From: Eledone cirrhosa | Taxonomy: Eukaryota | DNA: 64,000 nucleotides | Direction of reading: 5' to 3' | NCBI GenBank assembly: GCA_964016885.1 | Contig: OZ024743.1 | Coordinates: forward strand, 132,990,001-133,054,000 | Shown here: piece by piece, positions 25,601-37,715 of the stretch | Layout: every line of letters begins with the position of its first letter | Numbering within the stretch: position 1 is the stretch's first letter | Position numbers and translations under genes: made by a program | Notes under the pieces: generated by a model | Told to the model about the DNA's origin: nothing | Seen by the model: only the letters and a program-made list of their open reading frames with translations | The model's database searches: none

Positions 25601-28600
25601 TTGGTGCTTGGTGTTTGGTGTTTGGTGCTTGCTGCTGGCTGCTTGGTGTTTGGTGCTTGGTGATTGGTGCTTGGTGTTTGGTGCTAGGTGCTTGGTGCTT
25701 GGTGTTTGGTGCTTGGTGCTTGGTGTTTGGTGCTTGGTGCTTGGTGTTTGGTGCTTGGTGCTGGGTGGTTGGTGTTTGGTGCTTGGTGTTTGGTGCTTGG
25801 TGCTTGGTCTTTGGGGCTTGGTGTTTGGTGTTTGGTGCTTGGTGCTTGGTGCTTGGTGTTTGGTGCTTGGTGCTTGGTGTTTAGTGCTTGGTGCTTAGTG
25901 TTTGGTGCTAGGTGCTTGGGGTTTGGTTCTTGGTTCTTGGTGTTAGGTATTTGCTGTTTGCTGTTTGGTGTTTGTTGTTTGGTGTTTGTTGTTTGGTGTT
26001 TGCTGTTTGGTGTTTGGTGTTTGCTGTTTCGTGTCTGCTTTTTGGTGTTTGGTGTTTGCTGTATGTTGTTTGGTGTTTGGTGTTTGGTGTTTGGTGTTTG
26101 GTGCTTGGTGCTTGGTGCTTGGTGTTTGGTGCTTGGTGCTTGGTGTTTGGTGCCTGGTGCTTGGTGCTTGGTGTTTGGTGTTTGATGCTTGGTGCTTGGT
26201 GCTTGGTGCTTGGTGTTTTGTGTTTGGTGTTTTGTTTTTGCTGCTTGGTGCTTGGTGCTTGGTCCTTGGTGTTTGGTGCTGGGTGCTTTGTGTTTGGTGC
26301 TTGGTGTTTGGTGTTTGCTGCTTGGTGTTTGATGCTTGGTGCTTGGTGCTTGGTGTTTTGTGTTTGGTGCTTGGTGCTTGGTGTTTGGTGCTTGGTGCTT
26401 GGTGTTTGTACTTGGTGCTTGGTGCTTGGTGTTTGGTTCTTGGTTCTTGGTGTTTGGTACTTGGTGCTTGGTGCTTGGTGCTTGGTGTTTCGTGTTTGGT
26501 GCTTGGTGTTTGGTGCTTGGTGCTTGGTGCTTGGTGCTTGGTGCTTGGTGTTTGGTGCTTGGTGTTTGGTGTTTGCTGTTTGGTGTTTGGTGTTTGGTGT
26601 TTGGTGTTTGCTGTTTGGTGTCTGCTTTTTGGTGTTTAGTGTTTGCTGTATGGTGTTTGCTGTTTCGTGTTTGGTGTTTGTTGTTTGGAGTTTGGTCTTT
26701 GGTGCTTGGTGTTTGGTGCTTGGTGCTTGGTGCTTGGTGCTTGGTGTTTGGTGTTTGGTGCTTGGTGTTTGGTGTTTGGTGTTTGTTGTTTGGTGCTTGG
26801 TGTCTGGTGCTTGGTGTTTGGTGTTTGGTGCTTGGTGTTTGGTGTTCGGTGTTTGGTGCTTTGTGCTTGGTGTTTGGTGTTCGGTGTTCGGTGCTTGGTG
26901 TTTGGTGTTTGGTGCTTTTTGCTTGGTGCTTGGTGCTTGGTGTTTGGTGCTTGGTGTTTGGTGCTGGGTGCTTGGTGCTTGGTGTTTGGTGTTTGGTGCT
27001 TGGTGGTTGGTGTTTGGTGTTTGGTGTTATATGCTTGGTGTTTGATGCTTGGTGCTTGTTGCTTGGTGTTTGGTGTTTGGCGTTTGATGATTGGTGCTTG
27101 GTGCTTGGTGTTTGGTGCTTGGTGCTTGGTGTTTGTACTTGGTGCTTGGTGCTTTGTGCTTGGTGTTTGGTGCTTGGTGTTTGGTGCTTGGTGCTTGGTG
27201 CTTGGTGCTTGGTGTTTGGTGGTTGGTGTTTGGTGCTTGGTGTTAGGTGTTTGGTGCTTGGTGCTTGGTGTCTGGTGTTTGGTGCTTGGTGTTTGGTGTT
27301 TGGTGCTTGGTGTTTGGTGCTTGGTGCTAGGTGTTTGGTGCTTGGAGCATGGTGCTTGGTGTTTGGTGCTTGGTGTTTGGTGCTTGGTGCTTGGTGCTTG
27401 GTGCTTGGTGTTTGGTGGTTGGTGTTTGGTGCTTGGTGTTAGGTGTTTGGTGCTTGGTGCTTGGTGTTTGGTGTTTGGTGCTTGGTGTTTGGTGTTTGGT
27501 GCTTGGTGTTTGGTGCTTTTTGCTTGGTGCTTGGTGCTTGGTGTTTTGTGCTTGGTGTTTGGTGCTGGGTGCTTGGTGCTTGGTGTTTGGTGTTTGGTGC
27601 TTGGTTCTTGGTGTTTGGTATTTGGTGTTATATGCTTGATGTTTGATCCTTGGTGCTTGGTGCTTGGTGTTTGGTGTTTGGTGCTTGGTGTTTGATGCTT
27701 GGTGCTTGGTGCTTGGTGTTTGGTGCTTGGTGCTTGGTGTTTGGTGCTTGGTGCTTGGTGCTTGCTGTTTGGTGCTTGGTGTTTGGTGCTTGGTGCTTGG
27801 TGCTTGGTGCTTGCTGTTTGGTGGTTGGTGCTTGGTGCTTGGTGTTAGGTGTTTGGTGCTTGGTGCTTGGTGTTTGGTGTTTGGTGCTTGGTGTTTGGTG
27901 TTTGGTGCTTGGTGTTTGGTGCTTGGTACTTGGTGCTTGGTGCTTGGTGTTAGGTGTTTGGTGCTTGGTGCTTGGTGTCTGGTTTTTGGTGCTTGGTGCT
28001 TGGTGTTTGGTGTTTGGTGCTTGCTGCTGGCTGCTTGGTGTTTGGTGCTTGGTGATTGCTGCTTGGTGTTTAGTGCTTGGTGTTTGGTGTTTGGTGCTAG
28101 GTGCTTGGTGTTTGGTGCTTGCTGCTTGGTGTTTGTACTTGGTGCTTGGTGCTTGGTTCTTGGTGTTTGGTGCTTGGTGCTTGGTGTTTGGTGCTTGGTG
28201 CTTGGTGTTTGGTGCTTGGTGATTGGTGCTTGGTGCTTGGTGCTTGGTGCTTGGTGTTTGGTGCTTGGTGTTTGGTGCTTGGTGTTAGGTGTTTGTTGCT
28301 TGGTGCTTGGTCTTTGGTGTTTGTTGCTGGGTGTTTGGTGTTTGGTGTTATATGCTTGGTGTTTGATGCTTGGTGCTTGGTGCTTGGTGTTTGGTGCTTG
28401 GTGTTTGATGCTTGGTGCTTGGTGCTTGGTGTTTGGTGCTTGGTGCTTGGTGTTTGAACTTGGTGCTTGGTGCTTGGTTCTTGGTGTTTGGTGATTGGTG
28501 CTTGGTGTTTGGTGCTTGGTGCTTAGTGTTTGGTGCTTGGTGTTTGGTGCTTGGTGTTTGGTGCTTGGTGCTTGGTGCTTGGTGCTTGGTGTTTGGTGCT

Positions 28601-30006
28601 TGGTGTTTGGTGCTTGGTGTTTGGTGCTTGGTGCTTGGTGTTTGTTGCTTGGTGCTTGGTGTTTGGTGTTTGGTGCTTGGTGTTTGGTGCTTGGTACTTG
28701 GTGCTTGGTGCTTGGTGTTAGGTGTTTGGTGCTTGGTGCTTGGTGTTTGGTTTTTGGTGCTTGGTGTTTGGTGTTTGGTGCTTGCTGCTGGCTGTTTGGT
28801 GTTTGATGCTTGGTGATTGGTGCTTGGTGTTTGGTGCTTGGTGTTTGGTGTTTGGTGCTAGGTGCTTGGTGTTTGGTGCTTGGTGCTGGGTGGTTGGTGT
28901 TTAGTGTTTGGTGTTTGGTGCTGGGTGCTTGGTGTTTGCTGCTTGGTGCTTGGTCTTTGGTGCTTGGTGTTTGGTGTTTGGTGCTTGGTGCTTGGTGCTT
29001 GGTGTTTGGTGCTTGGTGCTTGGTGTTTGGTGCTTGGTGTTTAGTGTTTGGTGCTTGGTGCTTAGTGTTTGGTGCTAGGTGCTTGGTGTTTGGTGCTTGG
29101 TGTTTAGGTGCCTGGTGCTTGGTGTTTGGTGTTTGGTGTTTGGTGCTTGCTGCTTGGTGTTTGGTGTTTGCTGTTTGCTGTTTGGTGTTTGTTGTTTGGT
29201 GTTTGTTGTTTGGTGTTTGCTGTTTGGTATTTGGTGTTTGCTTTTTGGTGTTTAGTGTTTGCTGTATGTTGTTTGCTGTTTGGTGTTTGGTGTTTGGTGT
29301 TTGGTGTTTGGTGCTTGTTCCTTGGTGTTTGGTGCTTGGTGTTTGGTGCCTGGTGCTTGGTGCTTGGTGCTTGGTGTTTGGTGTTTGGTGCTTGGTGCTT
29401 GGTGCTTGGAGTTTGGTGTTTGGTGCTTGGTGCTTGGTGTTTTGTGTTTCGTGTTTGGTTTTTGGTGCTTGGTGCTTGGTGCTTGGTCCTTGGTGTTTGG
29501 TGCTGGGTGCTTTGTGTTTGGTGCTTGGTGCTTGGTGCTTGGTGTTTGGTGTTTGCTGCTTGGTGTTTGATGCTTGGTGCTTGGTGCTTGGTGTTTTGTG
29601 TTTGGTGCTTGGTGCTTGGTGTTTGGTGTTTGGTGCTTGGTGCTTGGTGCTTGGTGTTTGTACTTGGTGCTTGGTGCTTGGTGTTTGGTTCTTGGTTCTT
29701 GGTGTTTGGTGTTTGGCGTTTGGTGTTTGGTGCTTGGTGCTTGGTGTTTGGTGCCTGGTGCTTGGTGCTTGGTGCTTGGAGTTTGGTGTTTGGTGTTTGG
29801 TTTTTGGTGCTGGGTGCTTGGGCCTTGGTGTTTGGTGCTGCGTGCTTTGTGTTTGGTGCTTGGTGCTTGGTGTTTGGTGTTTGCTGCTTGGTGTTTGATG
29901 CTTGGTGCTTGGTGCTTGGTGTTTTGTGTTTGGTGCTTGGTTCTTGGTGTTTGGTGCTTGGTGCTTGGTGCTTGGTGTTTGGTGCTTGGTGCTTGGTGCT
30001 TGGTGC

Positions 30007-30950
30007 TTGGTGTTTGGTGCTTGGTGCTTGGTGTTTGGTGTTTGGTGCTTGGTGTTGGGTGCTTGGTACTTGGTGCTTGGTGCTTGGTGTTAGGTGTTTG
30101 GTGCTTGGTGCTTGGTGTCTGGTGTCTGGTTTTTGGTGCTTGGTGCTTGGTGTTTGGTGTTTGGTGCTTGCTGCTGGCTGCTTGGTGTTTGGTGCTTGGT
30201 GATTGCTGCTTGGTGTTTGGTGCTTGGTGTTTGTACTTGGTGCTTGGTGCTTGGTTCTTGGTGTTTGCTGCTTGGTGCTTGGTGTTTGGTGCTTGGTGTT
30301 TGGTGTTTGGTGCTTGGTGTTTGGTGCTTGGTGTTTGGTGCTTGGTGCTTGGTGCTTGGTGTTTGGTGCTTGGTGTTTGGTGCTTGGTGTTAGGTGTTTG
30401 GTGCTTGGTGCTTGGTGTTTGCTGTTTGCTGTTTGGTGTTTGGTGTTTGGTGTTTGCTGTTTCGTGTCTACTTTTTGGTGTTTGGTTTTTTGCTGTATGT
30501 TGTTTGGTGTTTGGTGTTTGGTGCTTGGTGCTTGGTGTTTGTACTTGATGCTTGGTGCTTGGTTCTTGGTGTTTGGTGCTTGGTGCTTGGTGTTTGGTGC
30601 TTGGTGTTTGGTGTTTGGTGCTTGGTGTTTGGTGCTTGGTGTTTGGTGCTTGGTGCTTGGTGCTTGGTGCTTGGTGTCTGGTGCTTGGTGTTTGGTGCTT
30701 GGTGTTCGATGCTTGGTGCTTGGTGCTTGGTGTTTGGTGCTTGGTGCTTGGTGTTTGTACTTGGTGCTTGGTGCTCGGTTCTTGGTGTTTGGTGCTTGGT
30801 GCTTGGTGTTTGGTGCTTGGTGCTTGGTGTTTGGTGCTTGGTGTTTGGTGCTTGGTGTTTGGTGCTTGGTGCTTGGTGCTTGGTGCTTGGTGTTTGGTGC
30901 TTGGTGTTTGGTGCTTGGTGTTAGGTGTTTGGTGCTTGGTGCTTGGTGTT
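30007..30950 (+). repeat. Copy of ~24210-25150 (offset 5797)
   Basis: ORF pairs 24297..24596 / 30094..30393 and 24597..25127 / 30394..30924. Private markers GTCTACTTTTTGG, TTCGAT (24908/30705) and GCTCGGTTC occur in both copies. Confidence 0.88.
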
Positions 30951-31070
30951 TGGTGCTTGGTGTTTGGTGCTTGGTGTTTGGTGTTAGGTGTTTGATGCTT
31001 GGTGTTTGGTGTTTGGTGCTTGGTGTTTGGTGCTTGGTGCTTGGTGTTTGGTGTTTGGTGCTTGGTGTTT

Positions 31071-34000
31071 GGTGTTAGGTGTTTGGTGCTTGGTGATTGG
31101 TTTTTGGTGCTTGGTGCTTGGTGTTTGGTGTTTGGTGCTTGCTGCTGGCTGCTTGGTGTTTGATGCTTGGTGATTGGTGCTTGGTGTTTGGTGCTTGGTG
31201 TTTGGTGTTTGGTGCTAGGTGCTTGGTGTTAGGTGTTTGGTGCTTGGTGCTTGGTGTTTGGTGTTTGGTGCTTGGTGTTTGGTGTTTGGTGTTTGGTGCT
31301 TGGTGTTTGGTGTTTGGTGCTTGGTGTTTGGTGCTTGGTATTTGGTACTTGGTGCTTGGTGTTAGGAGTTTGGTGCTTGGTGCTTGGTGTTTGGTTTTTG
31401 GTGCTTGATGCTTGGGGTTTGGTGTTTGGTGCTTGCTGCTGGCTGCTTGGTGTTTGGTGCTTGGTGCTTGGTGTTTGGTGTTTGATGCTTGGTGCTTGGT
31501 GCTTGGTGCTTGGTGTTTTGTGTTTGGTGTTTGGTTTTTGGTGCTTGGTGCTTGGTGCTTGGTCCTTGGTGTTTGGTGCTGGGTGCTTTGTGTTTGGTGC
31601 TTGGTGTTTGGTGTTTGCTGCTTGGTGTTTGATGCTTGGTGCTTGGTGCTTGGTGTTTTGTGTTTGGTGCTTGGTGCTTGGTGTTTGGTGCTTGGTGCTT
31701 GGTGTTTGTACTTGGTGCTTGGTGCTTGGTGTTTGGTTCTTGGTTCTTGATGTTTGGTACTTGGTGCTTGGTGCTTGGTGCTTGGTGTTTCGTGTTTGGT
31801 GCTTGGTGTTTGGTGCTTGGTGCTTGGTGCTTGGTGCTTGGTGCTTGGTGTTTGGTGCTTGGTGTTTGGTGTTTGCTGTTTGGTGTTTGGTGTTTGGTGT
31901 TTGGTGTTTGCTCTTTGGTGTCTGCTTTTTGGTGTTTAGTGTTTGCTGTATGGTGTTTGCTGTTTCGTGTTTGGTGTTTGTTGTTTGGAGTTTGGTCTTT
32001 GGTGCTTGGTGTTTGGTGCTTGGTGCTTGGTGCTTGGTGTTTGGTGTTTGGTGCTTGGTGCTTGGTGTTTGGTGTTTGTTGTTTGGTGCTTGGTGTCTGG
32101 TGCTTGGTGTTTGGTGTTTGGTGCTTGGTGTTTGGTGTTCGGTGTTTGGTGCTTTGTGCTTGGTGTTTGGTGTTCGGTGTTCGGTGCTTGGTGTTTGGTG
32201 TTTGGTGCTTTTTGCTTGGTGCTTGGTGCTTGGTGTTTGGTGCTTGGTGTTTGGTGCTGGGTGCTTGGTGCTTGGTGTTTGGTGTTTGGTGCTTGGTGCT
32301 TGGTGTTTGGTGTTTGGTGTTATATGCTTGGTGTTTGATGCTTGGTGCTTGTTGCTTGGTGTTTGGTGTTTGGCGTTTGATGATTGGTGCTTGGTGCTTG
32401 GTGTTTGGTGCTTGGTGCTTGGTGTTTGGTGCCTGGTGCTTGGTGCTTGATGTTTGGTGTTTGGTGTTTGGTGCTTGGTGCTTGGTGTTTCGTGATTGGT
32501 GCTTATTTTTTTGTGTTTCGTGTTTGGTTTTTGGTGCTTGTTGCTTGGTGCTTGGTCCTTGGTGTTTGGTGCTGGGTGCTTTGTGTTTGGTGCTTGGTGC
32601 TTGGTGCTTGGTGTTTGGTGTTTGCTGCTTGGTGTGTGATGCTTGGTGCTTGGTGCTTGGTGTTTTGTGTTTGGTGCTTGGTGCTTGGTGTTTGGTGCTT
32701 GGTGCTTGGTGCTTGGTGTTTGTACTTGGTGCTTGGTGCTTGGTGTTTGGTTCTTGGTTCTTGGTGTTTGGTGTTTTGCGTTTGGTTTTTGGTGCTTGGT
32801 GCTTGGTGTTTGGTGCTTGGTGCTTGGTGTTTGGTGCCTGGTGCTTGGTGCTTGGTGCTTGGTGTTTGGTGTTTGGTGCTTGGTGCTTGGAGTTTGGTGT
32901 TTGGTGCTTGGTGCTTGGTGCTTGGTCCTTGGTGTTTGGTGCTGGGTGCTTTGTGTTTGGTGATTGGTGCTTGGTGTTTGGTGTTTGCTGCTTGGTGTTT
33001 GGTGCTTGGTGCTTGGTGCTTGGTGCTTGGTGTTTGGTGCTTGGTGTTTGGTGCTTGGTGTTAGGTGTTTCGTGCTTGGTGCTTGGTGTTTGGTGCTTGG
33101 TGTTTGGTGCTTGGTGTTTGGTGTTAGGTGTTTGATGCTTGGTGTTTGGTGTTTGGTGCTTGGTGTTTGGTGCTTGGTGCTTGGTGTTTGGTGTTTGGTG
33201 CTTGGTGTTTGGTGCTTGGTACTTGGTGCTTGGTGCTTGGTGTTAGGTGTTTGGTGCTTGGTGATTGGTTTTTGGTGCTTGGTGCTTGGTGTTTGGTGTT
33301 TGGTGCTTGCTGCTGGCTGCTTGGTGTTTGATGCTTGGTGATTGGTGCTTGGTGTTTGGTGCTTGGTGTTTGGTGTTTGGTGCTAGGTGCTTGGTGTTAG
33401 GTGTTTGGTGCTTGGTGCTTGGTGTTTGGTGTTTGGTGCTTGGTGTTTGGTGTTTGGTGTTTGGTGCTTGGTGTTTGGTGTTTGGTGCTTGGTGTTTGGT
33501 GCTTGGTATTTGGTACTTGGTGCTTGGTGTTAGGTGTTTGGTGCTTGGTGCTTGGTGTTTGGTTTTTGGTGCTTGGTGCTTGGGGTTTGGTGTTTGGTGC
33601 TTGCTGCTGGCTGCTTGGTGTTTGGTGCTTGGTGCTTGGTGTTTGGTGTTTGATGCTTGGTGCTTGGTGCTTGGTGCTTGGTGTTTTGTGTTTGGTGTTT
33701 GGTTTTTGGTGCTTGGTGCTTGGTGCTTGGTCCTTGGTGTTTGGTGCTGGGTGCTTTGTGTTTGGTGCTTGGTGTTTGGTGTTTGCTGCTTGGTGTTTGA
33801 TGCTTGGTGCTTGGTGCTTGGTGTTTTGTGTTTGGTGCTTGGTGCTTGGTGTTTGGTGCTTGGTGCTTGGTGTTTGTACTTGGTGCTTGGTGCTTGGTGT
33901 TTGGTTCTTGGTTCTTGATGTTTGGTACTTGGTGCTTGGTGCTTGGTGCTTGGTGTTTCGTGTTTGGTGCTTGGTGTTTGGTGCTTGGTGCTTGGTGCTT

Positions 34001-35170
34001 GGTGCTTGGTGCTTGGTGTTTGGTGCTTGGTGTTTGGTGTTTGCTGTTTGGTGTTTGGTGTTTGGTGTTTGGTGTTTGCTCTTTGGTGTCTGCTTTTTGG
34101 TGTTTAGTCTTTGCTGTATGGTGTTTGCTGTTTCGTGTTTGGTGTTTGTTGTTTGGAGTTTGGTCTTTGGTGCTTGGTGTTTGGTGCTTGGTGCTTGGTG
34201 CTTGGTGTTTGGTGTTTGGTGCTTGGTGCTTGGTGTTTGGTGTTTGTTGTTTGGTGCTTGGTGTCTGGTGCTTGGTGTTTGGTGTTTGGTGCTTGGTGTT
34301 TGGTGTTCGGTGTTTGGTGCTTTGTGCTTGGTGTTTGGTGTTCGGTGTTCGGTGCTTGGTGTTTGGTGTTTGGTGCTTTTTGCTTGGTGCTTGGTGCTTG
34401 GTGTTTGGTGCTTGGTGTTTGGTGCTGGGTGCTTGGTGCTTGGTGTTTGGTGTTTGGTGCTTGGTGCTTGGTGTTTGGTGTTTGGTGTTATATGCTTGGT
34501 GTTTGATGCTTGGTGCTTGTTGCTTGGTGTTTGGTGTTTGGCGTTTGATGATTGGTGCTTGGTGCTTGGTGTTTGGTGCTTGGTTCTTGGTGTTTGGTGC
34601 CTGGTGCTTGGTGCTTGATGCTTGGTGTTTGGTGTTTGGTGCTTGGTGCTTGGTGTTTCGTGATTGGTGCTTATTTTTTTGTGTTTCGTGTTTGGTTTTT
34701 GGTGCTTGGTGCTTGGTGCTTGGTCCTTGGTGTTTGGTGCTGGGTGCTTTGTGTTTGGTGCTTGGTGCTTGGTGCTTGGTGTTTGGTGTTTGCTGCTTGG
34801 TGTGTGATGCTTGGTGCTTGGTGCTTGGTGTTTTGTGTTTGGTGCTTGGTGCTTGGTGTTTGGTGCTTGGTGCTTGGTGCTTGGTGTTTGTACTTGGTGC
34901 TTGGTGCTTGGTGTTTGGTTCTTGGTTCTTGGTGTTTGGTGTTTTGCGTTTGGTTTTTGGTGCTTGGTGCTTGGTGTTTGCTGCTTGGTGCTTGGTGTTT
35001 GGTGCCTGGTGCTTGGTGCTTGGTGCTTGGTGTTTGGTGTTTGTTGCTTCGTGCTTGGAGTTTGGTGTTTGGTGCTTGGTGCTTGGTGCTTGGTCCTTGG
35101 TGTTTGGTGCTGGGTGCTTTGTGTTTGGTGATTGGTGCTTGGTGTTTGGTGTTTGCTGCTTGGTGTTTGA
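31071..35170 (+). repeat. Tandem duplication, period 2168 bp
   Basis: ORF pairs 31233..32450 / 33401..34618, 31943..32338 / 34111..34506 and 32643..32963 / 34811..35131. Private marker GCTTATTTTTTT at 32501 and 34669. Confidence 0.92.
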
Positions 35171-37715
35171 TGCTTGGTGTTTTGTATTTGGTGCTTGGTG
35201 CTTGGTGTTTGGTGCTTGGTGCTTGGTGCTTGGTGTTTCTACTTGGTGCTTGGTGCTTGGTGTTTGGTTCTTGGTTCTTGGTGTTTGGTACTTGGTGCTT
35301 GGTGCTTGGTGCTTGATGTTTGGTGTTTGGTGCTTGGTGTTTGGTGCTTGGTGCTTGGTGCTTGGTGCTTGGTGCTTGGTGCTTGGTGTTAGGTATTTGG
35401 TGCTTGGTGCTTGGTGTTTGGTGCTTGGTGTTTGGTGTTTGCTGTTTGGTGTTTGGTGTTTGCTGTTTGGTGTTTGCTGTTTGGTGTTTGGTGTTTGCGG
35501 TTTGGTGTTTGGTCTTTGGTGCTTGGTGTTAGGTGCTTGGTGTTTGGTGTTTGGTGCTTGGTGCTTGGTGTTTGGTGTTTGGTGCTTGGTGCCTGGTGTT
35601 TGGTGTTTGGTGTTTGGTGCTTGGTGTCTGGTGCTTGGTGTTTGGTGCTTGGTGTTTGGTGTTTGGTGCTTGGTGCTTGGTGTTTGGTGTTTGGTGCTTG
35701 GTGTTTGGTGTTTGGTGCTTGTTGCTTGGTGCTTGATGTTTGGTGCTTGGTGCTTGGTGTTTGGTGCTGGGTGCTTGGTGCTTGTTATTTGGTTTTTGGT
35801 GCTTGGTGCTTGGTGTTTGGTGTTTGGTGTTATATGCTTGGTGTTTGATGCTTGGTGCTTGGTGCTTGGTGTTTGGTGTTTGGTGTTTGGTGCTTGGTGC
35901 TTGGTGTTTGGTGCTTGGTGCTGAGTGGTTGGTGTTTGGTGCTTGGTGTTTGGTGCTGGGTGCTTGGTGTTTGGTGCTGGGTGCTTGGTGTTTGGTGCTT
36001 GGTGCTTGGTCTTTGGTGCTTGGTGTTTGGTGCTTGGTGCTTGGTGCTTGGTGTTTGGTGCTTGGTGCTTGGTGTTTGGTGCTTGGTGCTTGGTGTTTGC
36101 TGTTTGCTGTTTGGTGTTTGTTGTTTGGTGTTTGTTGTTTGGTGTTTGCTGTTTGGTGTTTGGTGTTTGCTTTTTGGTGTTTGGTGTTTGCTGTATGTTG
36201 TTTGCTGTTTGGTGTTTGGTGTTTGGTGCCTGGTGCTTGGTCCTTGGTGCTTGGTGTTTGGTGTTTGGTGCTTGGTGCTTGGTGCTTGGTGTTTGGTGCT
36301 TGGTGCTTGGTGTTTTGTGTTTCGTGTTTGGTTTTTGGTGCTTGGTGCTTGGTGCTTGGTCCTTGGTGTTAGGTGCTGGGTGCTTTGTGTTTGGTGCTTG
36401 GTGCTTGGTGTTTGGTGTTTGCTGCTTGGTGCTTGATGCTTGGTGTTTGGTGCTTGGTGCTTGGTGCTTGGTGTTTGTACTTGGTGCTTGTTCTTGGTGT
36501 TTGGTGTTTGGCATTTGGTGTTTGGTGCTTGGTGCTTGGTGTTTGGTGCTTGGTGCTTGGTGTTTGGTGCCTGGTGCTTGGTGCTTGGTGCTTGGTGTTT
36601 GGAGTTTGGTGTTTGGTGCTTGGTGCTTGGTGCTTGGTCCTTGGTGTTTGGTGCTGGGTGCTTTGTGTTTGGTGATTGGTGCTTGGTGTTTGGTGTTTGC
36701 TGCTTGGTGTTTGATGCTTGGTGCTTGGTGTTTTGTGTTTGGTGCTTGGTGCTTGGTGTTTGGTGCTTGGTGCTTGGTGCTTGGTGTTTGTACTTGGTGC
36801 TTGGTGTTTGGTGTTTGGTTCTTGGTTCTTGGTGTTTGGTACTTGGTGCTTGGTGCTTGGTGCTTGGTGTTTGGTGTTTGGTGCTTGGTGCTTGGTGTTT
36901 GGTGTTTAGTGTTTGGTGCTTGGTGTCTGGTGCTTGGTGTTTGGTGTTTGGTGCTTGGTGTTTGGTGTTTGGTGATTGGTGCTTGGTGTTTGGTGTTTGC
37001 TGCTTGGTGTTTGATGCTTGGTGTTTTGTGTTTTGTGTTTGGTGCTTGGTGCTTGGTGTTTGGTGCTTGGTTCTTGGTGCTTGGTGTTTGTACTTGGTGC
37101 TTGGTGCTTGGTGTTTGGTTCTTGGTTCTTGGTGTTTGGTACTTGGTGCTTGGTGTTTGGTGTTTGCTGTTTGGTGTTTGGGGTTTGGTGTTTGGTGTTT
37201 GCTGTTTGGTGTCTGCTTTTTGGTGTTTAGTGTTTGCTGTATGGTGTTTGGTGTTTGCTGTTTGGTGTTTGGTCTTTGGTGCTTGGTGTTTGGTGCTCGG
37301 TGCTTGGTGTTTGGTATTCGGTGCTTGCTGCTTGGTGTTTGGTGCTTGGTGTTTGGTGTTTGGTGTTTGGTGCTTGGTGTCTGGTGCTTGGTGTTTGGTG
37401 CTTGGTGTTTGGTATTTGGTGCTTGGTGTTTGGTGTTTGGTGTTTGGTGCTTGGTGCTTGGTGTTTGGTGTTTGGTGTTTGGTGCTTGGTGTCTGGTGCT
37501 TGGTGTTTGGTGTTTGGTGCTTGGTGTTTGGTGTTTGGTGTTTGTTGCTTGGTGCTTGGTGCTTGGTGTTTGGTGTTTGGTGTTTGGTGCTTGGTGCTTG
37601 GTGTTTGATGCTTGGTGCTGAGTGGTTGGTGTTTGGTGCTTGGTGTTTGGTGCTGGGTGCTTGGTTTTTGGTCCTGGGTGCTTGGTGTTTGGTGCTTGGT
37701 GCTTGGTGCTTGGTG

